NCBI GenBank assembly: GCA_951406725.2
Contig: OX597832.1
Coordinates: 51,274,001 to 51,338,000 of the forward strand
DNA from: Octopus vulgaris
Taxonomy: Eukaryota
DNA length: 64,000 nt
Direction: 5' to 3'
Numbering within the stretch: the first letter of the stretch is position 1; every line of letters starts with the position of its first letter. Positions 51,910 through 64,000 of this stretch are shown piece by piece. The notes under the pieces are model-generated. The model did no database searches, had not been told where the DNA came from, and worked only from the letters and a program-made list of their open reading frames with translations. The translations under genes and the position numbers were made by a program.

Positions 51910-52459
51910 TTAAATATACCTATGGTTAAATGGCCGTTGATCTTTATAGACAGACATGCTGTACTTACTGATGTTTAGGGCAAAGAAAGTGTAGTAGCCA
52001 ATAAGGAGTTTGGGATTATATGTAGAAGCATCATGAGTGTCTTTAACCCTTTCGTTACAAATCCGGCTGAAACCAGCTTTGGCTCTGAGTACAGATGTCT
52101 TGTTTGCATAAGTTTTGAATTAAAATCTTCCACCAAACCTTAGTCACAATTTATGTTCCTAACAGTAGCTGAATGATAACTAAGTTATTTTACTAAATTC
52201 TTTGTTATATCTAAAGTAATTGAAAGAAACACAGAGCATCTCAAAATAAATACAGTAACGAAAGGGTTAACATCTTTCTACTTCTCTGTCCTCATCCCCC
52301 TTGAATCCTTGTGTATTTTGAAGGTACGTCCTGACAACTCATCACCATCATCTTTCTCTCTTTTTTTCCAACTCTGGTTAACCATGCATCTCCTATGCTT
52401 CAAGACACCTGTTCTTATCCCTCTATCATACTCTTGCTTCTCAACACCTGTCATAAGCT

Positions 52460-52665
52460 GATCAGTCAAGGCTGATCTGGAACCCAACCTAGGCCCCCAT
52501 ATCTACGGCGTTCGCCGCTGGAATAAGGAGTGGTTGGAGACCACGCGGTCATTAGCCTCAAATCGCCTGGCCTGGTCAGCGTTTGTGATGCAGCATTGAG
52601 GATGAATGAAGCTATTTCAATCCACCCCGGGTGAATGCTGTAAGAAGAAGAAGAAGAAGAAGAAG
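52460..52665 (+). mobile_element. RTE-clade 3' end with (AAG)n tail
   Basis: GPHIYGVRRWNKEWL...NRLAWSAF; TSD ataagct. Confidence 0.65.
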
Positions 52666-53376
52666 ATAAGCTACCTCCTCAATTCTATTCCACCCCTTCT
52701 ATCAAAGACTCTTTACAAGCTATTTGGCAATCTCATTAGTACTGGTCACACACACACACGCGCAAAAAAAAGCATTCAGTACCCACAGTATAATGGTTGG
52801 CATTAAGAAGGTTATCTGGCTGTAGGAACCATGCCAAAAGAAACACAAAGACACACACACACATATATATGATAGGCTTCTTTCAGTTTCCATCTAATAA
52901 ATCCACTCAGAAAGCTTTGGTCAACCTGGGGTTGTAGTAGAAGACACTTGCCCAAAGTTGCCATACAGTGGGACTGAACCCAGGACCATGTGGTTGGAAA
53001 GCAAACTTCTTTTCACACAGTCATGCCTATCTTTTACTTGTTTCAGTCATTAGACTATGGCCATGCTGGGGCACTGCCTTGAAGAATTTTTAGTTGAATG
53101 AATCAACCCCTGTACTTAATTTTTTTAAAGCCTGGTACTTATTTTATTGGTCTCTTTTGCCAAACTGCTAAGTTATGGTGGCATAAATACACCAGCACCA
53201 CTTGTCAAGCGGTGGTAGAGGACAAACACACACACACACACATACACACACATGTATATATATAAACACACATGCACACAATGAGCATCTGTCTACCAAA
53301 TCCACTCACAAGGCATTGGTCAACCCAAGGCTATAATAGAAAACACTTGCTCAAGATGCTATGCAGTGGGACTGAA

Positions 53377-55394
53377 TGTGGGACTGATGTGCAGCATCAG
53401 TGCCACGTAAACAAAAAAAGAAGAACCGCCCCAAAAGGGCAATTTGGGAAACTTCAGCGGTCCGACTTGCCAGGAGGGAACGTCGGACTGCTGAACGGGA
53501 ATACAGGTTGCATAAATCAGACACCAACAGGAAGAAGCGGAATAAATCCTCCAACCATCTCAAGCAAGTAACAAAAAAAGCAGTGCTTGAATTTGAACAG
53601 TGCATAGCAGCCAATCCTGACAGCAAGGTTTTCTGGAAATATGTGCACTCAAAGCAGAGACCTCACTCTCCAGTGGGCCCTCTTCGCAACCCTCACACAA
53701 ACCAGATCACTGACGACCCCAAGGAATGCGCAGAACTCATTGCCGAGTGCTATGCAAACATATTCACTGTTGAAAGTCAAAATGTACCATCTTCACCATC
53801 ACTAACAGCAAACTCCATAACAACTATGGAATTTACACCTGCAATGCTGCGACGTCACCTTCAAAATAAGCGCAACTATGCCTCCCCTGGTCTCGATGGA
53901 GTTACATACCTGCTTCTCAAACGTGGCAGGCACTTCCTTTACACCAGCTTTCTATTTTCTTCCAGTACTGTCTCAACAATGGTGCTACTCCGGAGCAGTG
54001 GAAAACTGCCAGTGTCATTCCTCTGTTCAAAAAGGGCGACCGCACATCACCTGTCAACTATCGCCCAGTCAGTCTCACTAGCTGTATTGCAAAACTGATG
54101 GAATCGTGTGTCAGAGAAACACTCTGGAACTTCTGGAGCTCTCACAGTCTCATCCGACCCTCACAATATGGATTTGTCCCTAACTCCAGCTGCAGTGACC
54201 AGCTTGTCGAGTTCCTTGAGGACATTACTCAGATTACTGACAGTGGCTCATGGGTGGATGTTGTCTACCTTGACTTTGCTAAGGCTTTCAACTCTGTGCC
54301 ACACAAAAGGCTTATGGTGAAACTCTCTGCAATGGGTGTGGGGGATGACCTTTTTAACTGGTTGAAATCCTTCATCCTCAGCCGAAAGGAGGTAGTCACA
54401 GTTCTAGGACAGCACTCTACACCATATGAGATGTCATCGGGTGTACCACAGGGATCTGTCCTTGGCCCCCTCTTGTTTGTGGCATACATTAACGACATAG
54501 ATGCCAATTTAAAGAATGCCACAGTATTGAAATATGCAGACGACATCAAGCTGTACCTTGAAATCAAGAGGACAGATCCTGATGTCTACAACTCTTTCCT
54601 GCAATCAGACCTAGACACAATGCAGCAATGGATCACAGACTGGCAACTGAAACTGGCTGTGGACAAGTGTACCACCATGCATTTTGGGAGAAAAAACCCT
54701 GCGTTCACATACTCCCTCCACAACACTGATATCAAGAAATCCTCTTGCGAGCGTGACCTAGGCATCACTGTCAGCAGTGATTTGCGTTGGTCAAAGCATA
54801 TCTCTAAGATTGTCAGGAAGGCCGAGGGTGTCTTGGCATCACTCAGCAGGTCTTTTGTTAGCCGCTCTCCAGCCATCTATTTAAAACTGTATACAGCTAT
54901 GGTACGACCACACTTGGAATTCGCATCATCAGTTTGGAACCCCTATCTTGCACAGAACATTGACCTCCTGGAATCTGTCCAGAGACGTGCAACCAAACGC
55001 ATACCCTCCATCAGACACCTACCATATTCTGAGCGCCTTGTTTCCCTGGGCATGGATTCACTGAAGCTCCGGCGTTTGGCGACGGACTTGGTAAACACCC
55101 ACAAAGTTATCAACCACCTCACCAACAACAACACTGAACACCTTTTTGATCTTCATGTGTCTAACACACGTGGACATGCCTACAAAGTCAGAAAACAATA
55201 CAGCTCCCATGACTTTCGGAAACATTTTTTCACGCTCAGAGTTGCTGAAGCATGGAATAAACTGCCTGCGTCAGTTGTTGACTGCCATGACACTGCATCT
55301 TTTAAGGCCCTCATGCTTTCCGAAATCCGCCGAAACTTCACCTGATTATATATACACTTTAGATGAGTTGTAGTGCACCTGAGCACTGTACACA

Positions 55395-55426
<32 letters not shown>
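53377..55426 (+). mobile_element. 5'-truncated CR1-like LINE
   Basis: RT coding region plus a short 3' UTR and (ATT)n tail, inserted into a SINE-A copy (ggactgaa|cccagaacc). Confidence 0.92.
53400..55345 (+). pseudogene. CR1-like ORF2 reverse transcriptase, no endonuclease domain, one frameshift near 53940
   Basis: SPGLDG, then after a 1-nt shift WKTASVIPLFKKGD..NYRPVSLTS, followed by YLDFAKAFNSV, GVPQGSVLGPLLF, YADD and ERDLG. Confidence 0.92.
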
Positions 55427-55427
<1 letters not shown>

Positions 55428-58274
55428 ACCCAGAACCATTTGGTACTTATTTTATTGGTCTCTTTTGCCAAACTTTTTCTGTCAAGTTGGATCCTGTCAG
55501 AACCACTCAACTCATACCAACATGGAATATAAGTGTTAAATCATGATGGTGATGACAATAACACGCACACACACACAGAGTATATGTATGTGTGAGTGCA
55601 TTTCTTGTTGACATATATTGTCGAAAGATGAAAATATTAGTGAGAAAAAAATGAAAAATTAATACTCTCCAGAGGAAGCTGCTTGAAATATTTGTTCTGC
55701 ACTGAGTTACAGATGCTTCCTTGCCACATTCTCTGTCAGAAATCCAGTGAACCAGTGATTAACAATCCTGTTGTCCCCTACTTACTCTTTACTCTTTTAC
55801 TTGTTTCAGTCATTTGACTGCGGCCATGCTGGAGCACCGCCTTTAATCGAGCAACTCGACCCCGGGACTTATTCTTTTGTAAGCCAAGTACTTATTCTAT
55901 CGGTCTCTTTTGCCAAACTGCTAAGTAATGGGGACATACACACACCGGCATCGGTTGTCAAGCAATGCTAGGGGGACAAACACAAACACACATGCACACA
56001 TATATATACGACAGGCTTCTTTCAGTTTCCGTCTACCAAATCCACTCACAAGGCTTTGGTCGGCCCGAGGCTATAGTAGAAGACACTTGCCCAAAGTGCC
56101 ACGCAGTTAAACTGAACCCGGAACCATGTGTTTGGTAAACAAGCCACTTACCGCACAGCCACTCCTGCGCCTACTTGCTTTTTTTTTTTTTCTGAGTGTT
56201 GACTCTTCCTATAACACGTCTGGAGATGAACCCCTCTGAGATAAAATGCAGTAACATAAGGATGCTGTTGTTGTTGTTTAACCCTAGGTCAACAATGATA
56301 ATAGGGCAGATGAGACTTACTTAAACTATTGCCCAATATAGCATCATCATCATCTGGCTTCTTGCTTGCCTTTAACCCATTCGTTACCAACCCGGCTGAA
56401 ACCGGCTCTGGCTCTGTAGTACAAATGTCTCATTTTCATAAGTTCTGAATTAAAATCTTCCACCAAACCTTAGTCACAATTTATGTTCCTAACACTAGCT
56501 TAATGGCAACTAAGTTATTTTACTATATTCTTTGTTATATTTAAAATTAATTGAAAGAAACACAGAGCATCTCAACAGAAACATGGTAACAAAAGAGTTA
56601 AAATATATAATAGAGAAACAATTCTTAACCCTTTCATTACCAACCCAGCTGAAACCGGCTCTGGCTCTGAGTACAAATGTCTCATTTTCATAAGTTTTGA
56701 ATTAAAATCTTCCAGCAAACCTTAGTCACAATTTATATTCCTAACACGAGCTTAATGGCAAGCAAGTTATTTTACTAAATTCTTTGTTGTATTTAAAACA
56801 ATTGAAAGAAACACAGAGCATCTCAACAGAAATATGGTAACAAAAGGGTTAATGAACTCAAATTGATTTACTTTTTTAGTGGGATTTGGTAAAATTGTGC
56901 AGAAGCACCTTTTGTGTACGGATATATGTATACACACATGTGTGTCTGTGTGTGTGTGTAGTATAGGTTGTATGAAGCATTATGTGATATAGATAAATGT
57001 TCTGAATATTGTTTTTTTAAAGCCGAAACAAGTTATAAGCCGAGTTATAAGAAATAATGCAAGTTGATAGTTTGTACTATTATAGGTCAAGCTCACAATA
57101 CAATATCGCTGAAGATACAGTCCTAACCCTGAAATACGGAAATACCAAGCAACTTCTATTATTTCTTAAAACTCCCATTTTAAAAAGTCTTAGGTGTGGC
57201 TGGGTGGTAAGAAACTTACTTCGCAACCAAATGGTTCTGGGTTCAGTCCCACTGCATAGCATCTTGAGCAAGTGTTTTCTATTATAGCCTTGGGCTGACC
57301 AATGCCTTGTGAGTGGATTTGGTAGACAGATGCTCATTGTGTGTATGTGTATTTATATATATACATGTGTGTGTGTGTGTTTGTCCTCTACCACCGCTTG
57401 ACAAGTGGTGGTGCTGGTGTATTTATGCCACCATAACTTAGCAGTTTGGCAAAAGAGACCAATAAAATAAGTACCAGGCTTTAAAAAAATTAAGTACAGG
57501 GGTTGATTCATTCAACTAAAAATTCTTCAAGGCAGTGCCCCAGCATGGCCACAGTCTAATGACTGAAAGAAGTAAAAGATAGGCATGACTGTGTGAAAAG
57601 AAGTTTGCTTTCCAACCACATGGTTCTGGGTTCAGTCCCACTGTATGGCAACCTTGGGCAAGTGTCTTCTACTACAACCCCAGGTTGACCAAAGCTTTAT
57701 GAGTGGATTTATTATATGGAAACTGAAAGAAGCCTATCATATATATGTGTGTGTGTGTCTTTGTGTTTCTTCCACCACAACTTGACAATCTGTGTTAGTT
57801 TGTTCATGTCCCTGTAACTTAGCAGTTTAGCAAAAAGAGACTGATAGAATAAGTACTGGACTTGGCAAAAATAGGAAGTCCTGGGGTTGATTTGTTTGAC
57901 TAAACCCTTTAAATTGGTGCCCCAGCATGGCTGCAGTTTAATGACTGAAACAAGTTAAAGATAATATATATATATATACAGGCACAGGAGTGGCTGTGTG
58001 GTAAGTAGCTTGCTTACCAACCACATGGTTCTGGGTTCAGTCCCACTGTGTGGCACCTTGGGCAAGTGTCTTCTACTATAGCCTTGGGCCAACCAAAGCC
58101 TTGTGAGTGGATTTGGTAGATGGAAACTGAAAGAAGCCTGTCATATGTATATATATATATGTGTGTGTGTGTGTTTGTCCCTACAACATCACTTGAAAAC
58201 GATGCTGGTGTGTGTACATTCCTGTAACTTAGTGGTTCAGCAAAAGAGACTGATAGAATAAGTACTAGGTTTAC

Positions 58275-58317
<43 letters not shown>

Positions 58318-59069
58318 TACACACACACTACTATAGTAGGCTATAGTAGAAGACACTTGCCCTGAGGTCGATTTGTTCAACTAAAAGTGGTGCACCAGAA
58401 TGGCCACAGTCTAATGACTGAAACAAGTAAAAGAATAAAAGTACGTATGTTGCAAGCATTTGGACCAGGATTTCAGTCTAAGCATAGCTTCCTCTCACCA
58501 GCCGTGAAGGCTCTGAAAATGATCATGGGTGTTGCCTGTTGTTCTTCAATTAAGTCATGAAAAAAAAAACAACTTAAAAATAATTTTTGATGGAAGATAT
58601 TCCAATTATATCCAGCCAATCTTTCATCTACTCCCAGGACCACATTATTCAATGGGTTTTTCCCATTATAAGATAACGTGCTTTGTGAGATATTTGACTG
58701 TTATTTCAAGCAGTTTGAGCAACTCTGTTTTGGAGCCATCATTGATATATGTTGTCTTATGCTGTAGTGTGATACACCATGTTGAAACTCAGTGCAGTAA
58801 TTAAATCCAGTAATTAATTCTAGTAATTAAATGAGGAAGATGAAAATAGATAATGATAATTGAGGGGTTATTAAACTGTGTGATTAGGAGGACAATAGCT
58901 GACAGAATTATTAGAATACCGAACAAAGTGCCTTGTAGTATTAAATTTTTTGTCCTCTTTTCATTTTGACTCTTGAATCCCACCAAATTCAATTTTGCCT
59001 TTCATCCTTCTGGATGGAGTACTCTACCCCCAAAATGTGTGGCCTTGTGGCAAAATCTGAAACGATTGT

Positions 59070-59590
59070 GCCGGTGACACATAAAAAGCTCCATCCAAAC
59101 GTGGCCAATGCCAGCGCCGCCTCGACTGGCTTCTGTGCCGCTGGCACAAAAAGCACCATCTGAACGTGGCCGATGCCAGCACCGCCACGACTGGCTTCTG
59201 TGCTGCTGGCACATCAAAAGCTCAATCTGAACGTGGCCGATGCCAGCGCCGCCTCGACTGGCTTCTGTGCCGGTGGCACATAAAAAGCACCATCCGAACG
59301 TGGCCGATACCAGCGCCACCTTGACTGGCTTCCGTGCCGGTGGCACGTTAAAAGCACCAACCGATCGTGGCCGATGCCAGACTCACCTGGTACCTGTGCC
59401 GGTGGCATGTAAAAAGCACCCACTACACTCGCGGAGTGGTTGGCGTTAGGAAGGGCATCCAGCTGTAGAAACACTGCCAGATTGGACTGGAGCCTGGTGC
59501 AGCCCCTGGCTTCCCAGACCCCGGTCGAACCGTCCAACCCGTGCTAGCGCGGAAAACGGACGTTAAACGATGATGATGATGATGATGAAT
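59070..59590 (+). repeat. RTE 3' UTR with about 5 tandem units of 60-67 bp
   Basis: GTGGCCGATGCCAGCGCCGCCTCGACTGGCTTCTGTGCCGGTGGCAC..AAAAGCACCATC recurs; a shorter array lies at 4775-4970. Confidence 0.85.
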
Positions 59591-60271
59591 GAAGGAGGCG
59601 AGCTGGCAGAATCATTAGCATGCTGGAAGAAATGCTTTGTGGTATTTTGTCAGTCCTTATGTTCTGAGTTCAAATTTTGCTGAGGTCGACTTTGCCTTTC
59701 ATCCTTTCAGGGTCACATAAATTAAGTACCAGTAAAATACTGGAGTCAATGTTATCGACTATCCCCCTTTCACCCCAAAATTTTCAAGGCCCTGTGCCTA
59801 GTGTAGAAATGATTATTATTATTAAGGTGGCGAGCTGGCAGAATCGTTAGCATGCTGAACAAAGTAAATGTGTAGTGGTATTTTGCCTGTCACTTTGTTC
59901 TGAGTTCAAATTCTACTGAGGTCGACTTTGCCTTTCATCTTTTCGGGGGTCGATAAAATAAGTACCAGTTGAACACTAGGATCAATGTAATCAGCTCATC
60001 CCCTCCTGCCAAATTCCAAGCTTTGTGCCTATAGTAGAAAGGATTATCATCATCATCATCATCATTATCATCATCATTATTTTATTTATTTTATTTTACT
60101 TGTTTCAGTCATTTGACTGGGGCCATGCTGGAGCACCGCCTTTAATCGAGCAACTCGACCCCGGGACTTGTTCATTGTAAGCCCAGTACTTATTCTATAG
60201 GTCTCTTTTGCCGAACCGCTAAGTGACACACCAGCATCGGTTGTCAAGCAGTGCTAGGGGGACAAACACAA

Positions 60272-60302
<31 letters not shown>

Positions 60303-60749
60303 CATATATACGACGGGCTTCTTTCAGTTTCCATCTACCAAATCCACTCACAAGGCTTTGGTCAGCCCAAGGCTATAGTAGAAGATACTTGCCCAAGGTG
60401 TCACGCAGTGGGACTGAACCCGGAACCATGTGGTTGGTAAGCAAGCTACTTACCACACAGCCACTCCTGCGCCTTATTATTATTATTATTATTATTATTA
60501 AGGCAGTGGACTGGCAGGATCATTAGTATGTCATCAAAATGCTCAGTGGCATTTCATCCATCTTTATGTTCTGAGTTCAAATTCCACCAATGTTTTCTTT
60601 GCCTTTTCATCCTTTCGGAATCAGTGAAATAAGTACCAGTCATGCACTGGTGTCAGTGTAATTGACTTACACCCTCTCCCTGAAATTGCTAGCCTTTTGC
60701 CAAAATTTGAAACCATCATTATTACCTCTGCCTTAGCGAAGGCAGCAGT

Positions 60750-61135
60750 ATATGACTGGTACTGTATTAGTGTGTGTGGAGTGAGAAGGTGTTGTGGGTG
60801 TGTATGTAATGGTGTGTGAAGTGATTGATGAGTTGAACAGTGTGTACAGGTGTGTGTATAGTGGTGTATGCGTGGTGAGGGTACCAAGATGGGCCATATG
60901 TAGGTGTGTAGGGGTGGGGGGAGGCAGGCGACTGGTAGGTGTGTGGAAATCCATGTGGAGTTAGTGTCAGATGAAGAGAGGAGGTAAGTTGAGCCCATAT
61001 GGTGCAAAGGAACAAAGAGAAGATTAACTCCTGTTCACGACAAAGGGTGTGGGACCAGTGAATTGTGAGAATATTTAGGCCTCAACGTAGCCAATGAAGA
61101 GGTTCACATAGTTAGGGCCCCTTCTCGTTCCCATG
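60750..61135 (-). mobile_element. Internally deleted Penelope-like element
   Basis: MGTRRGPNYVNLFIGYVE (Penelope RT motif) joined to REQELIFSL..SFAPYGLN (GIY-YIG C-terminal signature). Confidence 0.65.
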
Positions 61136-61159
61136 TATGTGTATATACATAAATACATA

Positions 61160-61198
<39 letters not shown>

Positions 61199-61201
61199 TT
61201 A

Positions 61202-61269
61202 GTGTAGGAAGAAATGGAGCTGAACGAAGATTTAACAAAATCTTCGTTCAGCTCCATTTCTTCCTGCAC
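61202..61269. repeat. 32-bp stem hairpin with a 4-nt loop
   Basis: GTGTAGGAAGAAATGGAGCTGAACGAAGATTT-AACA-AAATCTTCGTTCAGCTCCATTTCTTCCTGCAC. Confidence 0.95.
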
Positions 61270-61422
61270 GAAATATATAAAACTTCAAATTTCCGCACTA
61301 AGGCACGGATTTTAGGCCCCATGGTCGTAACCTCAACCGTGCTTTTTCTGTTGTGATTTTTGCTACCCAGGTATCGGTTATCATTTGAATTATCCGTAAT
61401 AAGATAATTCATTTGTCTACTT

Positions 61423-61486
<64 letters not shown>

Positions 61487-63129
61487 TATATATATAAAAT
61501 AATAATAATAATAATAACAATAAAAAATTACCACAGCTGATAAGAATCCATTGTAGCTCTTTGCTCTGATATTCAAAACACCATATACTATGACAACTTA
61601 TTGTTTGTTCTAAATTATAATACACACACACACACACGCATATATATAAAATAGTATACATTTAAACACAAGAGAAACTGCCTTCAACAGGCAGTTTTAC
61701 ACGCTAGAAGTAATCAAAATGATCAAAACCACATTAAAGTTTCTTTTGTGTTTAAATGTACACTATTTTATATTGAGAATATGTTGTCTATTGACTTTTT
61801 ATACATGCTAGGCCACTGGTAGTGAAATTTAAAACAAAAACTCGCTACCCTATATTTTACGTATATATATATATATAACAAAAGTTATTTTATTCCACAT
61901 GAGTAGAAATATAGGAAAAATAGAAGTTGAAAATGCACTGAGAATAGTTAATATATTTTTAAAATTATATTTAAAGCTTTAACTTGTTTCACATTTTACA
62001 CAGATTTTCAAAAATTTCAAATTGAAAGACATGGCTTATGCCATAGCTGTTTTGCTTGTAATAAGTGTCTGAAGCTTGGCCTATTTTTATAGAGTGTTCA
62101 TGACTCAAATTAGTATATGTTTTAAATATGGTGTGATTGGTAGAGGATAGTCGTGTCACTGATCTGAGAAATTTTTGTACTTTCCTTGCTGTCTGTGTAT
62201 TAGTATAAAAGTGATGATGTTTAGCACTATAACTGAAGGCTGACATGGTTGACTGAACAAGTGGAGTGGTAATACTAAACAATCTATGCTCTGAATGTTT
62301 TCTGTCAGCATTTATAGAGAATGAACACATAATTAGATTTAGAAGGTTCTAAGCTTAATCACATTCTCTACAAATACTGGACTTACTCTTTTACTCTTTT
62401 ACTTGTTTCAGTCATTTGACTGTGGCCATGCTGGAGCACCGCCTTTAATCGAGCAACTCGACCCCGGGACTTATTCTTTTGTAAGCCCAGTGCTTATTCT
62501 ATTGGTCTCTTTTGCCGAACCGCTAAGTAACAGGGACGTAAACACACCAGCATCGGTTGTCAAGCAATGCTAGGGGGACAAACACACAAACACACATACG
62601 CATATATATATACATATATATGACGGGCTTCTTTCAGTTTCTGTCTACCAAATCCACTCACAAGGCTTTGGTCATCCCGAGGCTATAGTAGAAGACACTT
62701 GCCCAAGGTGCCATGCAGTGGGACTGAACCCGGAACCATGTGGCTGGTAAACAAGCTACTTACCACACAGCCACTCCTAGGTACATCTCATTGATGAGAG
62801 CCAGCTCAAAATATCCATGTCTGAGACCCCTAATAGAGGGCAACACTAAACAAACCAGTGTTTTCCCACCTTTTTCCCACAAGAGAGATTTATTTATTTC
62901 TTTACTACCCACAAGGGGCTAAACACAGAAGGGACAAACAAGGACAGACAAAGGGATTAAGTCGATTATATCGATCCCAGTGCGTAACTGGTACTTAATT
63001 TATCGACCCCGAGAGGATGAAAGGCAATGTCGACCTATTCTCTACAGTAACTGCTGTGTATTTGTCTTTTAACAGTTGAAATATGTTCATGACATATTTC
63101 AACTAACCTAAATTCTGCTTATATATATA

Positions 63130-63885
63130 CAGCTTTGGCCAAAAGTATTAGGTCACCCCAAAGTTTTGAGGTTCTGCTATCTCAATGTTAATGAAACTCA
63201 TGCACGTGGTGATTATGGTATATTTCACAATATACAATAGTTTTCATATCTGGTTGACCCTCCTTTAGCATCAATTACCTATTTCTTTACTACCCATAAG
63301 GGGCTAAACATAGAGGGGACAAACAAGGACAGACAAATGGATTAAGTCGATTATATCGACCCCAGAGCGTGACTGGTACTTAATTTATGGACCCCAGGAG
63401 GATGAAAGGCAAAGTCGACCTCGGCGGAATTTGAACTTACAACGTAACGGCAGACAAAATACCTATTTCTTTATTACCCACAAGGGGCTAAACACAGAGG
63501 GAACAAACAAGGACAGACATAGGTATTAAGTCGATTACATCGACCCCAGTTCGTAACTGGTACTTAATTTATCGACCCCGAAAGGAAGTGGAAGGCAAAG
63601 TCGACCTTGGCAGAATTTGAACTCAGAACGTAACAGCAGACAAAATACTGCTAAGCATTTCACCCGTGCGTACCGCTTTCATACGGTTAGGCATTGGATC
63701 AACTAGTTTCTTGCAGATACTAAGCGTAATTTTACTCCATTCTACTCTCAGCTTTTGGTACAAATTTTTAATTTTTGTTCCTGATAGCTTCACCAAGAGT
63801 TCTCTATAGGTGTTTGATTGGATTTAGATTGGGACTTTGAGCTGGCCAGTCCATGGGAACAATTCCCTGTGTCTCAAACCATTGA
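63130..63885 (-). mobile_element. Tc1 3' end interrupted by a SINE-B dimer
   Basis: TA|CAGCTTTGGCCAAAAGTATT terminus; minus strand DWPAQSPNLNPIKHL...MPNRMKAV/IDAKGGSTRY. Confidence 0.8.
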
Positions 63886-64000
63886 TGAGTATCACAGACA
63901 AATGGATTAAGTCGATTATATCGACCCCAGAGCGTGACTGGTACTTAATTTATGGACCCCAGGAGGATGAAAGGCAAAGTCGACCTCGGCAGAATTTGAA

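Noticed and set aside
54098-55345. 415-aa RT ORF as a host gene or novel RT system
   Set aside because: It is the downstream part of a frameshifted, 5'-truncated CR1-like ORF2 with an (ATT)n tail.
57105-57150. Additional hammerhead (CTGAAGA...GAAA)
   Set aside because: The core words are present but stems II, III and I are not convincingly paired.
59070-59420. CRISPR-like repeat array
   Set aside because: Whole units are repeated with no spacers, and they belong to the RTE 3' UTR.

Overview
AT-rich, repeat-dense eukaryotic DNA, most likely from an octopus (coleoid cephalopod); this is inferred from its tRNA-derived SINE families and microsatellite load. One host gene is supported: a + strand evectin/PLEKHB-family gene (PH domain, PPSY motif, C-terminal membrane anchor; 209 aa). 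It has five coding exons between 21965 and 47708 and a probable non-coding first exon near 14.8-15.07 kb. Almost everything else is transposon debris: several SINE families, RTE, CR1, Tx1/L1, R4/Dong and Penelope-like retroelement pieces, non-autonomous Helitrons, Tc1/mariner and Chapaev-like remnants, and hAT, piggyBac, pogo/Tc2 and Merlin-like MITEs. Four signals stand out. (1) Five distinct minimal type I hammerhead ribozyme folds of the Penelope type; one sits at the centre of a fold-back element that was duplicated inside the last evectin intron. (2) A SINE that repeatedly joins its tail to the same position in its own internal hairpin. (3) A cluster of locally templated inverted and direct duplications with microhomology junctions. 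(4) Short CR1 3' pieces that share one 5' end. Most of the supplied six-frame ORFs are repeat artefacts. All alignments were done by eye, and family names are inferred from motifs, not from database searches.
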